From a virus (taxonomy: Duplodnaviria > Caudoviricetes), in the IMG/VR virus record IMGVR_UViG_3300037183_000064, positions 1 through 35,963 of that record: a stretch of DNA of 35,963 nt. One strand, given 5' to 3'. A model generated the notes under the pieces. The model made no database searches. It was not told the origin of the DNA and saw only the letters and a program-made list of their open reading frames with translations. Both the position numbers and the translations under genes were made by a program. This document shows, piece by piece, positions 7,378 through 16,312 of this stretch. The number at the start of each line of letters is the position of its first letter. Within the stretch, counting starts at the first letter, position 1.

Positions 7378-7673
7378 GCAACAGGTCAGTCAAGCGAGAC
7401 CAAAACCACGTCGAAATCGCCACGGGCTTACTGCGCGCGGGCTGCTCCGTGCTGGACCTGGCCAAGGTCGGCGGCGGCTGTCCTGACCTTCTCGTCGCGC
7501 ATCCCAAGGCGTTCGCGAACGTGATGCTTGAGGTGAAGACCGCGAAGGGCAAGCTCAACATCGGCCAGATAGAGTGGCACCGTCGCTGGTGCGGACCGGT
7601 GTTCGTCGTCAGGACTCTGGAAGATGCGCTGCGCGCCGTTGGGCTACTAGGAGACGCGGACGTAGCCCGCTAG
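7374..7673 (+). CDS. VRR-NUC domain nuclease (Holliday-junction resolvase-like)
   Basis: KRDQNHVEI...GGGCPDLLV...MLEVKTAKGKLNIGQIEW...VFVVRTLEDAL. Confidence 0.85.
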   Translation: MSNRSVKRDQNHVEIATGLLRAGCSVLDLAKVGGGCPDLLVAHPKAFANVMLEVKTAKGKLNIGQIEWHRRWCGPVFVVRTLEDALRAVGLLGDADVAR

Positions 7674-8129
7674 CCGTGGGTCGGGCAGATCGAATCCGCG
7701 CTCGACCACGGCATTCCCCTCGCGCGATCCGGCCAGGGTCGTGTTGCCGGCAATCGCCTGGACACTGGCAACGTTGCCACCCACGCTGGTCACACCCGTG
7801 ACGATGCCGACGTGCCCCAGGCCGCCGCCGTGGTCGAAGACGATGAGATGGCCCGGCTCTGGCTGGTCGGTAACCAACGACTCGTTCAAGGCCAACAGGC
7901 GCAGCGCGCTCGCGCTGTAATAGATAGGCGGTGGCAGATGGAGCGCCGCTGCGGCTTCGCGAATCATCGCGCATGCGAACGCCGCGCACCATGGGGCCGG
8001 CGCGTGGATGCCGACATCGCTGAGCCAATCGCGAATCTCGGGCCCATTATTATGGCCATCGGTCTCCAGCGACTTGCCGGTGGAGAATCGGCGCGCGGCG
8101 GTGACGGTGTATTCGGCGAGAGCGCTCAT
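7647..8129 (-). CDS. Endolysin, CHAP-domain peptidoglycan hydrolase
   Basis: NNGPEI...APWCAAFA...PGHLIVFDH...GHVGIV...IAGNT; start ATG 8129 by ATGA overlap. Confidence 0.85.
   Translation of the reverse strand: MSALAEYTVTAARRFSTGKSLETDGHNNGPEIRDWLSDVGIHAPAPWCAAFACAMIREAAAALHLPPPIYYSASALRLLALNESLVTDQPEPGHLIVFDHGGGLGHVGIVTGVTSVGGNVASVQAIAGNTTLAGSREGNAVVERGFDLPDPRLAGYVRVS
7766..7779. promoter_or_regulatory. Palindrome TGGCAACGTTGCCA (type 2 site, copy 1)
   Basis: Identical 14-mer at 16123 and 27003. Confidence 0.55.
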
Positions 8130-8638
8130 TGCCCCAGCAGCAGCTCGAACGACTGCACCGTCGACGTGAACGTAACGACGCTGCCTGGCCCGTAGAAGCC
8201 GACGAAGTTGCCCCCGAAGTTCGGCTGGTCCCACACGAACAGGTAGGCCTGTGGCCCGGTGAGCATCGAGCGCACGTGGACCGACGGAATCTGGTTGGGC
8301 AGCGGCGACGTGTAGTCCCAGTCTCCGAGGGTCCCATAGTAGCCGGGCGGCACGATCGCGCAGTTGTCCCCGTCTGCCACCGGTTGGTAGTTGAGGACCT
8401 CTGCCCAGCCGACCGGGATGCTCTGCTGAGCGGGGACGCACCACCGCGGATCTCCGCTGGGCACGTTGTTGGTCGGGGAGCCAGGGATCAGGCTCGGCAC
8501 CCATTTCGTGCAGACGTGCGTGAAGGCGTTGACGTGGATGCACTGGAATGCCGCCGTCGTCTCGGTGGTCGGTTCGGCGGGATCACCGCACGCGACAAGA
8601 AAAGCGCAGACCAGGAGAGCGAGCAGCGCGCGCTTCAC
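8126..8638 (-). CDS. Lipoprotein with C-terminal beta/gamma-crystallin-like (Greek key) domain
   Basis: Signal peptide with lipobox (MKRALLALLVCAFLVA-C); VRSMLTGPQAYLFVWDQPNFGG resembles the crystallin/Protein S repeat. Confidence 0.65.
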   Translation of the reverse strand: MKRALLALLVCAFLVACGDPAEPTTETTAAFQCIHVNAFTHVCTKWVPSLIPGSPTNNVPSGDPRWCVPAQQSIPVGWAEVLNYQPVADGDNCAIVPPGYYGTLGDWDYTSPLPNQIPSVHVRSMLTGPQAYLFVWDQPNFGGNFVGFYGPGSVVTFTSTVQSFELLLGQ

Positions 8639-8952
8639 GGGTGCACCGCCAGCCACGCCTGGGCGCGCTCGACAATGACCGGCGCCTGGGTCCCGATCTG
8701 GGCCGACAGCTTGATGGTGTTCGCCCTGGCGATGACGTCTTTGGCGATTTCGCTCACGACGCACGCAGCGATCTTGCCGCCTTCGAGGATGGCGACCGTT
8801 TCGAGCGTGGTCAGGTCAGGACGCGTCCACAGCTCGGTCACGGCCTGCGTCTCGTCGGTGGTGGCTGGCGCGCACGTCCTGGCGATGTTGCTGGCCGTGG
8901 CGCAACTCCAGAGCAGCGTCACGAGCAGCAGGAAACCGAAGAGGCGCTTCAC
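8635..8952 (-). CDS. Lipoprotein, possible outer-membrane spanin
   Basis: MKRLFGFLLLVTLLWS-C lipobox; in the lysis cluster directly after a TM/coiled-coil gene. Confidence 0.55.
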   Translation of the reverse strand: MKRLFGFLLLVTLLWSCATASNIARTCAPATTDETQAVTELWTRPDLTTLETVAILEGGKIAACVVSEIAKDVIARANTIKLSAQIGTQAPVIVERAQAWLAVHP

Positions 8953-9227
8953 GGCGCGCTCACGGCGGCGGTCAGCGCGTTCACCTTCGCGGTCGCGTCG
9001 ACCACCGCGGCGAGCTCGTCAGGGTCGGGCGTCAGGACCGGAGCGGGGCGTGCCATGCGCGCGGCGATCGCGGCTTCGAGACCTTCGACCGCAGTGAGGA
9101 ATGCCTGAATGTCAGATCGGACCATGGTGTACTCCTTGCGGATGGTTGCGGCGTGAGCGACGAGAAAGCCGCCCACCGTGGAAATCGTGGTCAACGCGCC
9201 AACGACGGCGGCGACGACAGGACTCAC
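8949..9227 (-). CDS. Membrane protein (N-terminal TM plus amphipathic helices), possible inner spanin or holin
   Basis: Hydrophobic N-terminus VVAAVVGALTTISTVGGFLV; lysis-cluster context. Confidence 0.5.
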   Translation of the reverse strand: MSPVVAAVVGALTTISTVGGFLVAHAATIRKEYTMVRSDIQAFLTAVEGLEAAIAARMARPAPVLTPDPDELAAVVDATAKVNALTAAVSAP

Positions 9228-9463
9228 CGCGCCGCCCCCGGCATCGGCGTGCCCTCGGGCGTGACGGCGCCCGAGAGACAGGCGAAGAAGAACCGGTTAC
9301 GCGAGCACCAACGCCAGCGCGGCGAGATCGTGCACGTCTCGGCGAATGCGGGCGCCGCCAGGACGTCGGCGACGTTGGGCGGCGATACGTCGACCAGCGG
9401 CAACGCCGCTCCGCCGCACCAGCAGCAGGGCAGGCGGATCTTGGCGGTCTCCTCGTCAATCAC
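9224..9463 (-). CDS. Small Cys-rich hypothetical protein
   Basis: CCWCGG...C...WRWC...C; coupled overlaps. Confidence 0.5.
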   Translation of the reverse strand: MIDEETAKIRLPCCWCGGAALPLVDVSPPNVADVLAAPAFAETCTISPRWRWCSRNRFFFACLSGAVTPEGTPMPGAAR

Positions 9464-9831
9464 GGCTTGATGCCCTTCAGCGCGTTGGCGAGCGCGGTCA
9501 GCGCTGCGAGCAGTCCAGTCACGATCGCGATCCGCTTGGCCCAGCTGGGTCGCCGCACGGGTAGAGCTCGGACGTCTCGTCCGCTGCCGTATCCCGCGAT
9601 TGAGGTGAGCAGCTGCTCGGCTTCAGTGCAAAAGTGTCGGAGATTTCGGAGGCGGTCGGCGGCGGCGCGTAGAAACACCTCTTGCTCAGCGTGTGAGCGT
9701 CCTCGATGCACCTCTGCGCCAGCGAGCAGACCAGCGCCCACTGTGCAAAGAGCGAGGCCGACTGACTCCAGGGTCGCGACGCCGGTGATTGGCTGGGGCT
9801 GCTCTGTGGGCGTGTCGTCCTGCTCGGCCAC
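9460..9831 (-). CDS. Membrane protein, possible holin
   Basis: C-terminal TM (IAIVTGLLAALTALANAL) and a second hydrophobic segment; upstream of the endolysin. Confidence 0.5.
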   Translation of the reverse strand: MAEQDDTPTEQPQPITGVATLESVGLALCTVGAGLLAGAEVHRGRSHAEQEVFLRAAADRLRNLRHFCTEAEQLLTSIAGYGSGRDVRALPVRRPSWAKRIAIVTGLLAALTALANALKGIKP

Positions 9832-9843
9832 ATGGTCACCCTT

Positions 9844-10245
9844 TCACGCCGTGAACGTCATAAACGCTGGACCGGTGGCATACGCCGCCAGCAGGGTTGC
9901 GCCCTGTGGGGTCGCGTGGATACCGTCGGTGCTGTTTCCCCCAGAGAACGGTATCCCGCTGGCATACAGGTCGACGTAGGTGCATCCCTTGATCGCCATA
10001 TCGGCAGCCAGCTGAGACCGCACCTGGTCCAGCGTCGGCTGATTCGCGCCGTTGTTCTGCCACGGACCGAGCCAGCCCATCTTTGCGTACGGAATCCCGT
10101 AGGTGGCAAACAGCGCATCGAGGATGGCCAGGGCGGCGAGCGTCGCGATCGCGATCAGTTCCTTGATCGAGATGGGCGCCCGTGGCGTGAGGCGCGGCAC
10201 CGGGGTCCCGCCCGGCGGCGTGTCGAGAAAGTCGCCGAGGCCCAT
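9844..10245 (-). CDS. Protein carrying only the C-terminal half of an SGNH/GDSL hydrolase fold
   Basis: CTYVDLY...STDGIHATPQGATLLA (block V DxxH); no GDS block I seen. Confidence 0.55.
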   Translation of the reverse strand: MGLGDFLDTPPGGTPVPRLTPRAPISIKELIAIATLAALAILDALFATYGIPYAKMGWLGPWQNNGANQPTLDQVRSQLAADMAIKGCTYVDLYASGIPFSGGNSTDGIHATPQGATLLAAYATGPAFMTFTA

Positions 10246-10248
10246 GCG

Positions 10249-10539
10249 TCAAATACCGCTGGCACCGCTGTCGATGAAGGTAAGCTGCGTTGGCACCGAG
10301 TCGCCATTGGGGTCGGTCGTGAGGCCAGACAGAAACACCGGCGGAGAGCCGGCCGGGATATAGAAGACGTAGACGATGCCGGCGGACAGTTGCGCAAACA
10401 GCACGCTACCGAGTACGGCGTCTGGGGCTGTGCTGATCGATACCGAGCAGGCCACTGGCGACGTTAGCGCGAACTTGCGCCCCACCGGTACCGAGACCGA
10501 GCCGCGGTTTGCAGCCGTGTGGCCCATCGGGAGGCTCAT
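10249..10539 (-). CDS. Small beta-rich virion/tail-associated protein (96 aa)
   Basis: ATG 10539 by ATGA overlap; MSLPMGHTAANRGSVSVPVG... Confidence 0.6.
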   Translation of the reverse strand: MSLPMGHTAANRGSVSVPVGRKFALTSPVACSVSISTAPDAVLGSVLFAQLSAGIVYVFYIPAGSPPVFLSGLTTDPNGDSVPTQLTFIDSGASGI

Positions 10540-11735
10540 TGCGGATTCGCTCCAATCTTCGCGTTGATGTATGCGTCGACGCTCGCTGCCGATGGAAGCG
10601 AGCCGCTGTACACCAAGATTTCCTCGATGAACCCTGCGAAAATATCGGTCACGTTGTCGCTGAACGCCGACAGTCCGCCCATCACGTTGGTTCCAACGTT
10701 GATCGTGCCGCCGTCCACGCCATTCAGTCGGCCGTTCGATGTCGCGCCGTTGAACGTGCCCATCAAAGTTTCCCACGTGAGGTTGACGATCGTCAGCCCG
10801 GTGGACGTAGGACCGACTCCCGCGAACATGTTGACGACTCCAGATCCGCTGCCGTTGAAGCTGAACATTTGCCGCCCGGCGCTGTTGGCGTCCAGGATGG
10901 CCGTGATCGCCGCAAGGCTCGTCGATCTGAACACGACGGCGACTAGGTTCGGCTGATTCAGAGACGCTACCGCGCCGGTGCGCATGAACTGCGTCCCGTC
11001 GCTCTGCACGGCGCTCTTGTTGTTGATCTTGCCGGCGGTGGCGACGAGCCGAAATAGCGGGCGCAGGGCTCCGGTGGCCTGGACCAAGTCGGCCGAGGCG
11101 AGAGAACCAAGATTCTTCCATGTCCCAACCTGCTGACCGTCGATCATGGTCGAGTTGTTGAGACCATCGACGTTCTGTGCGTCGAACCAGAGGGAGGGCG
11201 AGCCGGGTGGTGCGGCTACCCCGAGCGCGACGTAAGCACCGCCTTCTACGCTGATCGACAGATTCGACGAGCCGGGGAAACAGGCGATGCGCGCCGTGCC
11301 GGGATTTGATACGGGCGGGTTGCCCTGGATCAGGTCGATGTAATCCGTGGTCGGAAGGAAGCCAGGAAACGGCCCGCGCGTGGGAGCCGAGCCAGCCGCC
11401 CCGAGCGACGTGTATGCCGCCCCCTCGATGCTCACCGACGGGGCACCAGCGATGCACGCGAGCCGACCCAGGCCGAGCGGCGACACCGGCGGATTGCCTT
11501 GGATGATGTCCAGCCGATCGGATGGGATCAGCCGGGAGAACGGTAGCTTCACGCCCGTTGGGGCGGCGCCGCCGGTGCCGAACGAAGCATAGGTGCCGCC
11601 GTTGATACTCACCGACGGGACGCCCGCGATCATGGCGATGCGGGCCATGCCGGGCAGCGAGACGGGCGGTGTCGACTGGACGAGATCGACCCGGTCAGAG
11701 ACGGGGAGCAGCCCTGGCGAAGGGGTAACCGCCAC
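10536..11735 (-). CDS. Tail fibre/receptor-binding protein: three ~50-aa repeats plus LamG/concanavalin A-like domain
   Basis: Repeats D(R/Y)xDxxQxxPPVSxxGxxRxA...S(V/I)S(I/V)xGxxY; then PSLWFDA...VGTWKN...LVQATGALRP...FAGFIEEILVYS...VDAYINAKIG; GTG start at 11735. Confidence 0.75.
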   Translation of the reverse strand: MAVTPSPGLLPVSDRVDLVQSTPPVSLPGMARIAMIAGVPSVSINGGTYASFGTGGAAPTGVKLPFSRLIPSDRLDIIQGNPPVSPLGLGRLACIAGAPSVSIEGAAYTSLGAAGSAPTRGPFPGFLPTTDYIDLIQGNPPVSNPGTARIACFPGSSNLSISVEGGAYVALGVAAPPGSPSLWFDAQNVDGLNNSTMIDGQQVGTWKNLGSLASADLVQATGALRPLFRLVATAGKINNKSAVQSDGTQFMRTGAVASLNQPNLVAVVFRSTSLAAITAILDANSAGRQMFSFNGSGSGVVNMFAGVGPTSTGLTIVNLTWETLMGTFNGATSNGRLNGVDGGTINVGTNVMGGLSAFSDNVTDIFAGFIEEILVYSGSLPSAASVDAYINAKIGANPQ

Positions 11736-11737
11736 TT

Positions 11738-12088
11738 CTATCCCTTGGCGGCCACGTCGGCGGTCAGCGTGTCGTTCGCGCCGCCCGAAACGCGGGTGTA
11801 GGTGAATTGCAGGAAGTTGAACGCGCAGGAACCGCCGTTGGGCAGCTCGTAGTAGATCGCGCCCGCCGAGCCGGCCGGCTGCGCCGAGAAGGTGCCGCCC
11901 GCGTAGGCCACGAAGTTCACGTTGTCGTTGCTCACGGACGCACTGATCGTGCCGGTGGGCGCCGCGTTCCCCGTCCAGCGCAGCACCGCGGACATCGTCC
12001 GGGTCTTCTTCAGCTGGATCGATGGCATCGAGATGGTTGCCGCCATCGACACCGAACGAGACCGGTCTGCGGGCGTCTCGATGTTCAT
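11738..12088 (-). CDS. Small beta-sandwich virion protein (116 aa, MNIETPADRS...)
   Basis: ATG 12088 preceded by the conserved late motif; WTGNAAPTGTISASVSNDNVNF...FLQFTYTRVSGG. Confidence 0.7.
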   Translation of the reverse strand: MNIETPADRSRSVSMAATISMPSIQLKKTRTMSAVLRWTGNAAPTGTISASVSNDNVNFVAYAGGTFSAQPAGSAGAIYYELPNGGSCAFNFLQFTYTRVSGGANDTLTADVAAKG

Positions 12089-12104
12089 CCACCCGTCGCT
12101 AGAC

Positions 12105-12114
12105 GGCGTCGCGG
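12105..12114 (-). promoter_or_regulatory. Conserved upstream motif CCGCGACGCC (candidate late promoter), 16 nt before ATG 12088
   Basis: One of five identical intergenic copies. Confidence 0.65.
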
Positions 12115-12900
12115 CTACGAAGTGCCGGCGGCGGCCTTCTGGCCGGGGGTCAGGCCAGAGGTGTCCACGTCCTGCTTCTTCTGCGGGCGCGCGGCGGGCT
12201 TCTTCGCGGCCTGGACCTGGTAGGCCTGCTGCACCGTGGACGCCAGCGACTGATCGAACTGCGTCATCTGGAGCAGCGTGCGCACCTGGGCGGCCTTGTC
12301 GGGCGTCGGGTCCCAATCGGTGCCGTGCTTCATCGTCGCGGCCGTGAGCGCATCGGTGCACGCCTGGCGCATCGCCGCGTACAGCTCCGGGTAGAGCAGG
12401 GCGACGGTGGAGACCTGGTCAGCATCGAGGCAGCCTTCCAGCATGTCGCGAACGACCACCATCGGGTCGCAGGCGGCCTGCCAGCGCGTGCGGAAGACGG
12501 CGAGGTCTTCGGGCCCCGGCGTGTCCATCTTCTGACCGGTGAGCGTCTGGCGCGGGTTGCGAGGGATCGTCTGGTTGGCCCACGTGCGCACACGATTCGC
12601 CTCGATGCCCAGCTCCATGGCCATCTCGGGATCGGGCATCACATCGGCGAGCGCGGACGTCTGATCGGAGTCCTGAGGCGACGAGACCAGCGCCAGGACG
12701 TCGGCGTAGTCGAACGGCGGGAGCGCCTCGGACGGCTCGAACTTCGCCGACTCGAAGAAGCCGTCAAACGCCTCGCGCATCTTCGCGGGCAGCTCGCGCG
12801 CCTCGATGAACTGCCGGCGCAAGAACGTCGGTTCAGCGCGAAGGATCTTGTCGACCCCGATCGCGGCGAGCACCGATTCGACTTCGAGGGGCTCGTGCAT
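12115..12900 (-). CDS. Alpha-helical hypothetical protein, probable internal virion protein (261 aa)
   Basis: ATG 12900 by TGATG overlap (MHEPLEVES...); lies in the ejection-protein block. Confidence 0.65.
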   Translation of the reverse strand: MHEPLEVESVLAAIGVDKILRAEPTFLRRQFIEARELPAKMREAFDGFFESAKFEPSEALPPFDYADVLALVSSPQDSDQTSALADVMPDPEMAMELGIEANRVRTWANQTIPRNPRQTLTGQKMDTPGPEDLAVFRTRWQAACDPMVVVRDMLEGCLDADQVSTVALLYPELYAAMRQACTDALTAATMKHGTDWDPTPDKAAQVRTLLQMTQFDQSLASTVQQAYQVQAAKKPAARPQKKQDVDTSGLTPGQKAAAGTS

Positions 12901-14444
12901 CAGTGCACCGCCATCGCCGCGTCGAACGAGTCTTTGCCGACCACCTTGGCGATCGCGCCGGGGCTTATGCCGGCCTTGACCGCGCCCTGGATCATGGCGG
13001 CCGACACCTTGCCGGCGGCGCGCGCGGTCTTCAGCTCGTCGAGCATGCGCACGCTGGCGCCCAGCTGGTCTTCGAGGCCGCCCGGTGTCGGCGCAGGTCC
13101 CTCGCCAGCGCCGCGCCATGGTTCGGCCGTGACCTTGCCGGTCGGCCCGAGCTCGGCGCCCTTGTCGTTCGGGTAGAGCACGCGCGGGCGCGCGGCCGCG
13201 CCTTCCTCGGGCGACACGTATCCCTGATACGACGGCTCGGCGCTGTAGGGCTCGTCGAGGAAGCGCTTGGCGTCCCTGGCGACGTCGGCGCGCAGGGAAG
13301 GGGACTCTGGCTCGGCGGGCAGCAGATCGCGGCCTTGCTCGTCCTGGATGCTCAGGCGCGGTTTGCCCACGGTCTTCCCGCCAACGGTCAGATGGCCCTT
13401 GGGTCCGGCCTCGGTGAGGGGCGCGCCGAACTCGTCGACATGTGGCGTCCCCAGCGCGCCGGGCGGCACGGACGAGGGTGGCGGCAACGGCTCGGGCGCC
13501 AGCGGGGCAAGCGGCGCGCGCGCGGGAATCGGGCCCAGCTCGATCGGCGCAGGACCCAGCAGTCGCTGCGCACCGGGCGCAGTGGGCGCATGCACCAGGT
13601 CGGCGTCGATGGTCGGCCCGCGCGGCGACTCGGCGGCGGCTGAGAACGGGGGAGGCTGGTACGCGTTCGGCCGCGGGAACTGCGCGGTGCGCGCGAGGTA
13701 GCGATCGGCCAGCGCATCGACCAGCGTGTCAGCGCCGCGGCCGGCCATGCCACCAACCTTCGAGCCGATGCCGGCGCCGACGCCCGCACCGACGAAGCCG
13801 CCCGCATGGTGACCGACGGTCGCGCCGACGCCCGCACCCAGCGCTTTGCCGGTCGCCTCGAAGCTCTTGTCCGCGGCGGCGCGCGCGAGCGCGAACCGTC
13901 CGACCGCGGTGTCGGCGGCGCCGAGCGCGCCGGGGATGCCAGGGATCGCCCCCAGCGCGGCGCCCGCTAGCGGGTGGTCGGGCGTAGACGCTGCGCCGGT
14001 GGTCATGCCCTGCACCAGCGGCCCGAGCGCTGGACGCACGAGCCCGCCAGCGACGACGCCTAGGCCAGCCGCCGGGATGCCCTGAACGATCATGCCGGCT
14101 AGCGGGTCGTTGCGGATCGGGTCCTCGGCCTGCTGGCGCCCCTTCGCCGCCGCGCGGGCCTCGGGCGTGGTGATCAGGTCGTTGACGCCCTGGAGCGTGC
14201 GCCGTACGTCGTGCTTGCCGTAGTCGGGCTTGACGTCCTCGGCGGTCACCTCGTCGGGCGCCACGTCGGGACGCATGCTCTTGAGCGATTCCCAGCCGCG
14301 CTGGAAGAAGCCGGCGGGTGGCTTGGCGGCTGGGACGGCCTTGGGGCCCACTTCCTCGAAGGGCTGCGAAGGGTCGAAGGCTGGGGCGTCGCTGCTCACC
14401 GTCTCGAACGGCTGCGACGGGTCGAAGGCTACTGGGGAACCCAC
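12900..14444 (-). CDS. Internal virion (ejection) protein
   Basis: N-terminal FDPSQPFE repeats and Gly-zipper hydrophobic segments typical of podovirus ejection proteins. Confidence 0.65.
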   Translation of the reverse strand: MGSPVAFDPSQPFETVSSDAPAFDPSQPFEEVGPKAVPAAKPPAGFFQRGWESLKSMRPDVAPDEVTAEDVKPDYGKHDVRRTLQGVNDLITTPEARAAAKGRQQAEDPIRNDPLAGMIVQGIPAAGLGVVAGGLVRPALGPLVQGMTTGAASTPDHPLAGAALGAIPGIPGALGAADTAVGRFALARAAADKSFEATGKALGAGVGATVGHHAGGFVGAGVGAGIGSKVGGMAGRGADTLVDALADRYLARTAQFPRPNAYQPPPFSAAAESPRGPTIDADLVHAPTAPGAQRLLGPAPIELGPIPARAPLAPLAPEPLPPPSSVPPGALGTPHVDEFGAPLTEAGPKGHLTVGGKTVGKPRLSIQDEQGRDLLPAEPESPSLRADVARDAKRFLDEPYSAEPSYQGYVSPEEGAAARPRVLYPNDKGAELGPTGKVTAEPWRGAGEGPAPTPGGLEDQLGASVRMLDELKTARAAGKVSAAMIQGAVKAGISPGAIAKVVGKDSFDAAMAVH

Positions 14445-16312
14445 TGCCCACCGCGCCGAACGAAGGTGTGACCGTTCTGCTTGACCACGGCGCCGTCGGC
14501 GGTGGGAGGCGTTGCCGGCTTGGCCTTCGGCGCGCCGATCCCCAGGTGCTCCTTGGCGGCGGCGACGTCGGGGTCTTCGGCGGGCTGCTCCAGCTTCGCG
14601 GTGCGCTTCGTGCCGGTGCCCTTCGGGTCCTGGATCGCTCGCTGCTCGGCGACGAGCCCAGGAAGCGCGGCTTCTCGGCGGCGCACCTCGTCGATCGATA
14701 GGCCTGGGACGTAGGGGCTGTACCGGTCGCGGTACTGCTCCAGCGTCTCAATGTTCTTGCCCTGCTGCATCTCGGTCAGGTGCGTGATCACCTGGTTCGC
14801 GGCGGTGATCTTCTTCTGCTCCTCGGGGTCGATGCCGTCGTACTGGCCGCGCGCCGTCAGGCCCAGGCCGCGCGCCGCGCGCGTCAACAGGTTGCCGGTC
14901 ACGCCGCTCTCGGCCGAGTGCTCTCCCGCCTTGGCCTGCTCGGTGTTCGTCTGCAGCCGGTTGATCGCGTCCAGGCTCACGGGACCGATGTCCTTCTCGG
15001 CCTTCTCGGCCTCGGCCAGGTTCCCCAGCACGGCGTTCTGTCGAACGCTGCCCACGGTCGCCTTCTCGCCTTCGGCCTTCGCCTTCTCCGCCAGCGCGGC
15101 CATGCGATCCTCGTGCCTGGTCTGCGCTTCCTGCTGCGCCAACGTCAGGTGGCCGCGGGCGAGCGCGTTCGTTACGGCGTGCTCGCCCTGCGTCGCTTCG
15201 AGCTGACGCTCACCGAGGTTCAGGTGGGCCTCAGCCATCTTGTTGGTCGCCGCCGCGGTGGCGCGCGTGTTCGCCAGCGCCTCTTCGCGCTCGTGCACGG
15301 CGCCCTCGGCCTTCGCCGCTTCCTTGAGCGCATCGACCACGACCTGGTTGGTCTTGATGTCCTGGTCGCTGGCGCCGCCCGCCCGCAGCTGTTCCTCGGC
15401 CTCCGATGCGATCAGGCGGTACTTCGCTGCCCGATCGGTGTCGAGGTCGTTCAGGCCGGCGCGGTAGTTCTCGGCCGCGTCCTTGAAACCGTAGCGGGCT
15501 TCGAGCACCGAAGCGCTGGCGGCGGCGAGGCGGTCTTTGCGGCGCTGCGTGTCGTCGGCGATCTGCTTGTTGACCGCGTTGAGGCCTTCGTTCTGCGCAC
15601 CCGCGACGTGGCCCTTGAGCATGAGGCCTTGGCCGATGCCGCCCAGCGCGATGGCGACGGCGCCGCCGATGCGATCGGCCCAGCTCTGCCCCTCGGGGTT
15701 CTTCAGATCGGCGTAGGCGGCCTGCTTCTCCTTGACCGCGTCGTCGATCTGCTGCTGGCGCTGCTGGCGCTCCTGCTGGTAGGCGTCGACTTGCGCCTGG
15801 CGGGCGGCCTGGGCGGCGCGCTCGGCGTCCGCTTCGCGCTCGGCCTTGCGCTGCGTGATCTCGGCGTCCGACTTCGCAATGTCGCCCTGCTTCTTCGCGA
15901 GCGCCGTGCTGTAGTCGGTGAGCTGGCGCTGCCACCCGAGGTTCAGCTGGACGTCTTTCGTCGGATCGCCGGTGTACTTCGGCGCGGGCGGCGGCGGCCC
16001 GAGCTCGGAGACCGCTTTCGCGCCGGTTTCGGCCGGCGTCTCCGCGGTCGCGGTCGCGTCGGGCGTCGGCGCAGGTGGCGGCGAGGGCGCGGGCGGAACC
16101 GAGGCGTCGGGCGGCGCGGGAGTGGCAACGTTGCCAGTCGGAGGCGCCGAGGCATCGGTTCCCGGCGCGCCCGGCACCATCGGCGGCGGCTGCGTCACGG
16201 GCGGCGGCGCGGCGGGCGGCTCCTGGCCCATCTTCGCCAGGTGGTCGGCAGCGTCCTGCGCATCCTGATCATCGAAACCAGCGAGGCCGGTCCCATTCTG
16301 GTAGGCCATCAT
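14429..16312 (-). CDS. Internal virion (ejection) protein, coiled-coil
   Basis: 627 aa; Pro-rich N-terminus, Ala/Gln coiled coil and one Gly-rich hydrophobic segment. Confidence 0.65.
   Translation of the reverse strand: MMAYQNGTGLAGFDDQDAQDAADHLAKMGQEPPAAPPPVTQPPPMVPGAPGTDASAPPTGNVATPAPPDASVPPAPSPPPAPTPDATATAETPAETGAKAVSELGPPPPAPKYTGDPTKDVQLNLGWQRQLTDYSTALAKKQGDIAKSDAEITQRKAEREADAERAAQAARQAQVDAYQQERQQRQQQIDDAVKEKQAAYADLKNPEGQSWADRIGGAVAIALGGIGQGLMLKGHVAGAQNEGLNAVNKQIADDTQRRKDRLAAASASVLEARYGFKDAAENYRAGLNDLDTDRAAKYRLIASEAEEQLRAGGASDQDIKTNQVVVDALKEAAKAEGAVHEREEALANTRATAAATNKMAEAHLNLGERQLEATQGEHAVTNALARGHLTLAQQEAQTRHEDRMAALAEKAKAEGEKATVGSVRQNAVLGNLAEAEKAEKDIGPVSLDAINRLQTNTEQAKAGEHSAESGVTGNLLTRAARGLGLTARGQYDGIDPEEQKKITAANQVITHLTEMQQGKNIETLEQYRDRYSPYVPGLSIDEVRRREAALPGLVAEQRAIQDPKGTGTKRTAKLEQPAEDPDVAAAKEHLGIGAPKAKPATPPTADGAVVKQNGHTFVRRGGQWVPQ
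16123..16136. promoter_or_regulatory. Palindrome TGGCAACGTTGCCA (type 2 site, copy 2)
   Basis: Identical 14-mer at 7766 and 27003. Confidence 0.55.

Noticed and set aside
10536-12092. ORF-track starts that extend genes far upstream (e.g. 12092, 12361, 13119, 11457, 8543, 8764, 34564)
   Set aside because: The extensions overlap real upstream genes in another frame; coupled ATGA/GTGA starts or the late motif give better starts
12089-12114. Late motif as a sigma54 -24/-12 promoter
   Set aside because: It lacks the invariant GG 10 nt before GC; the ACG-to-GC spacing is one base off consensus
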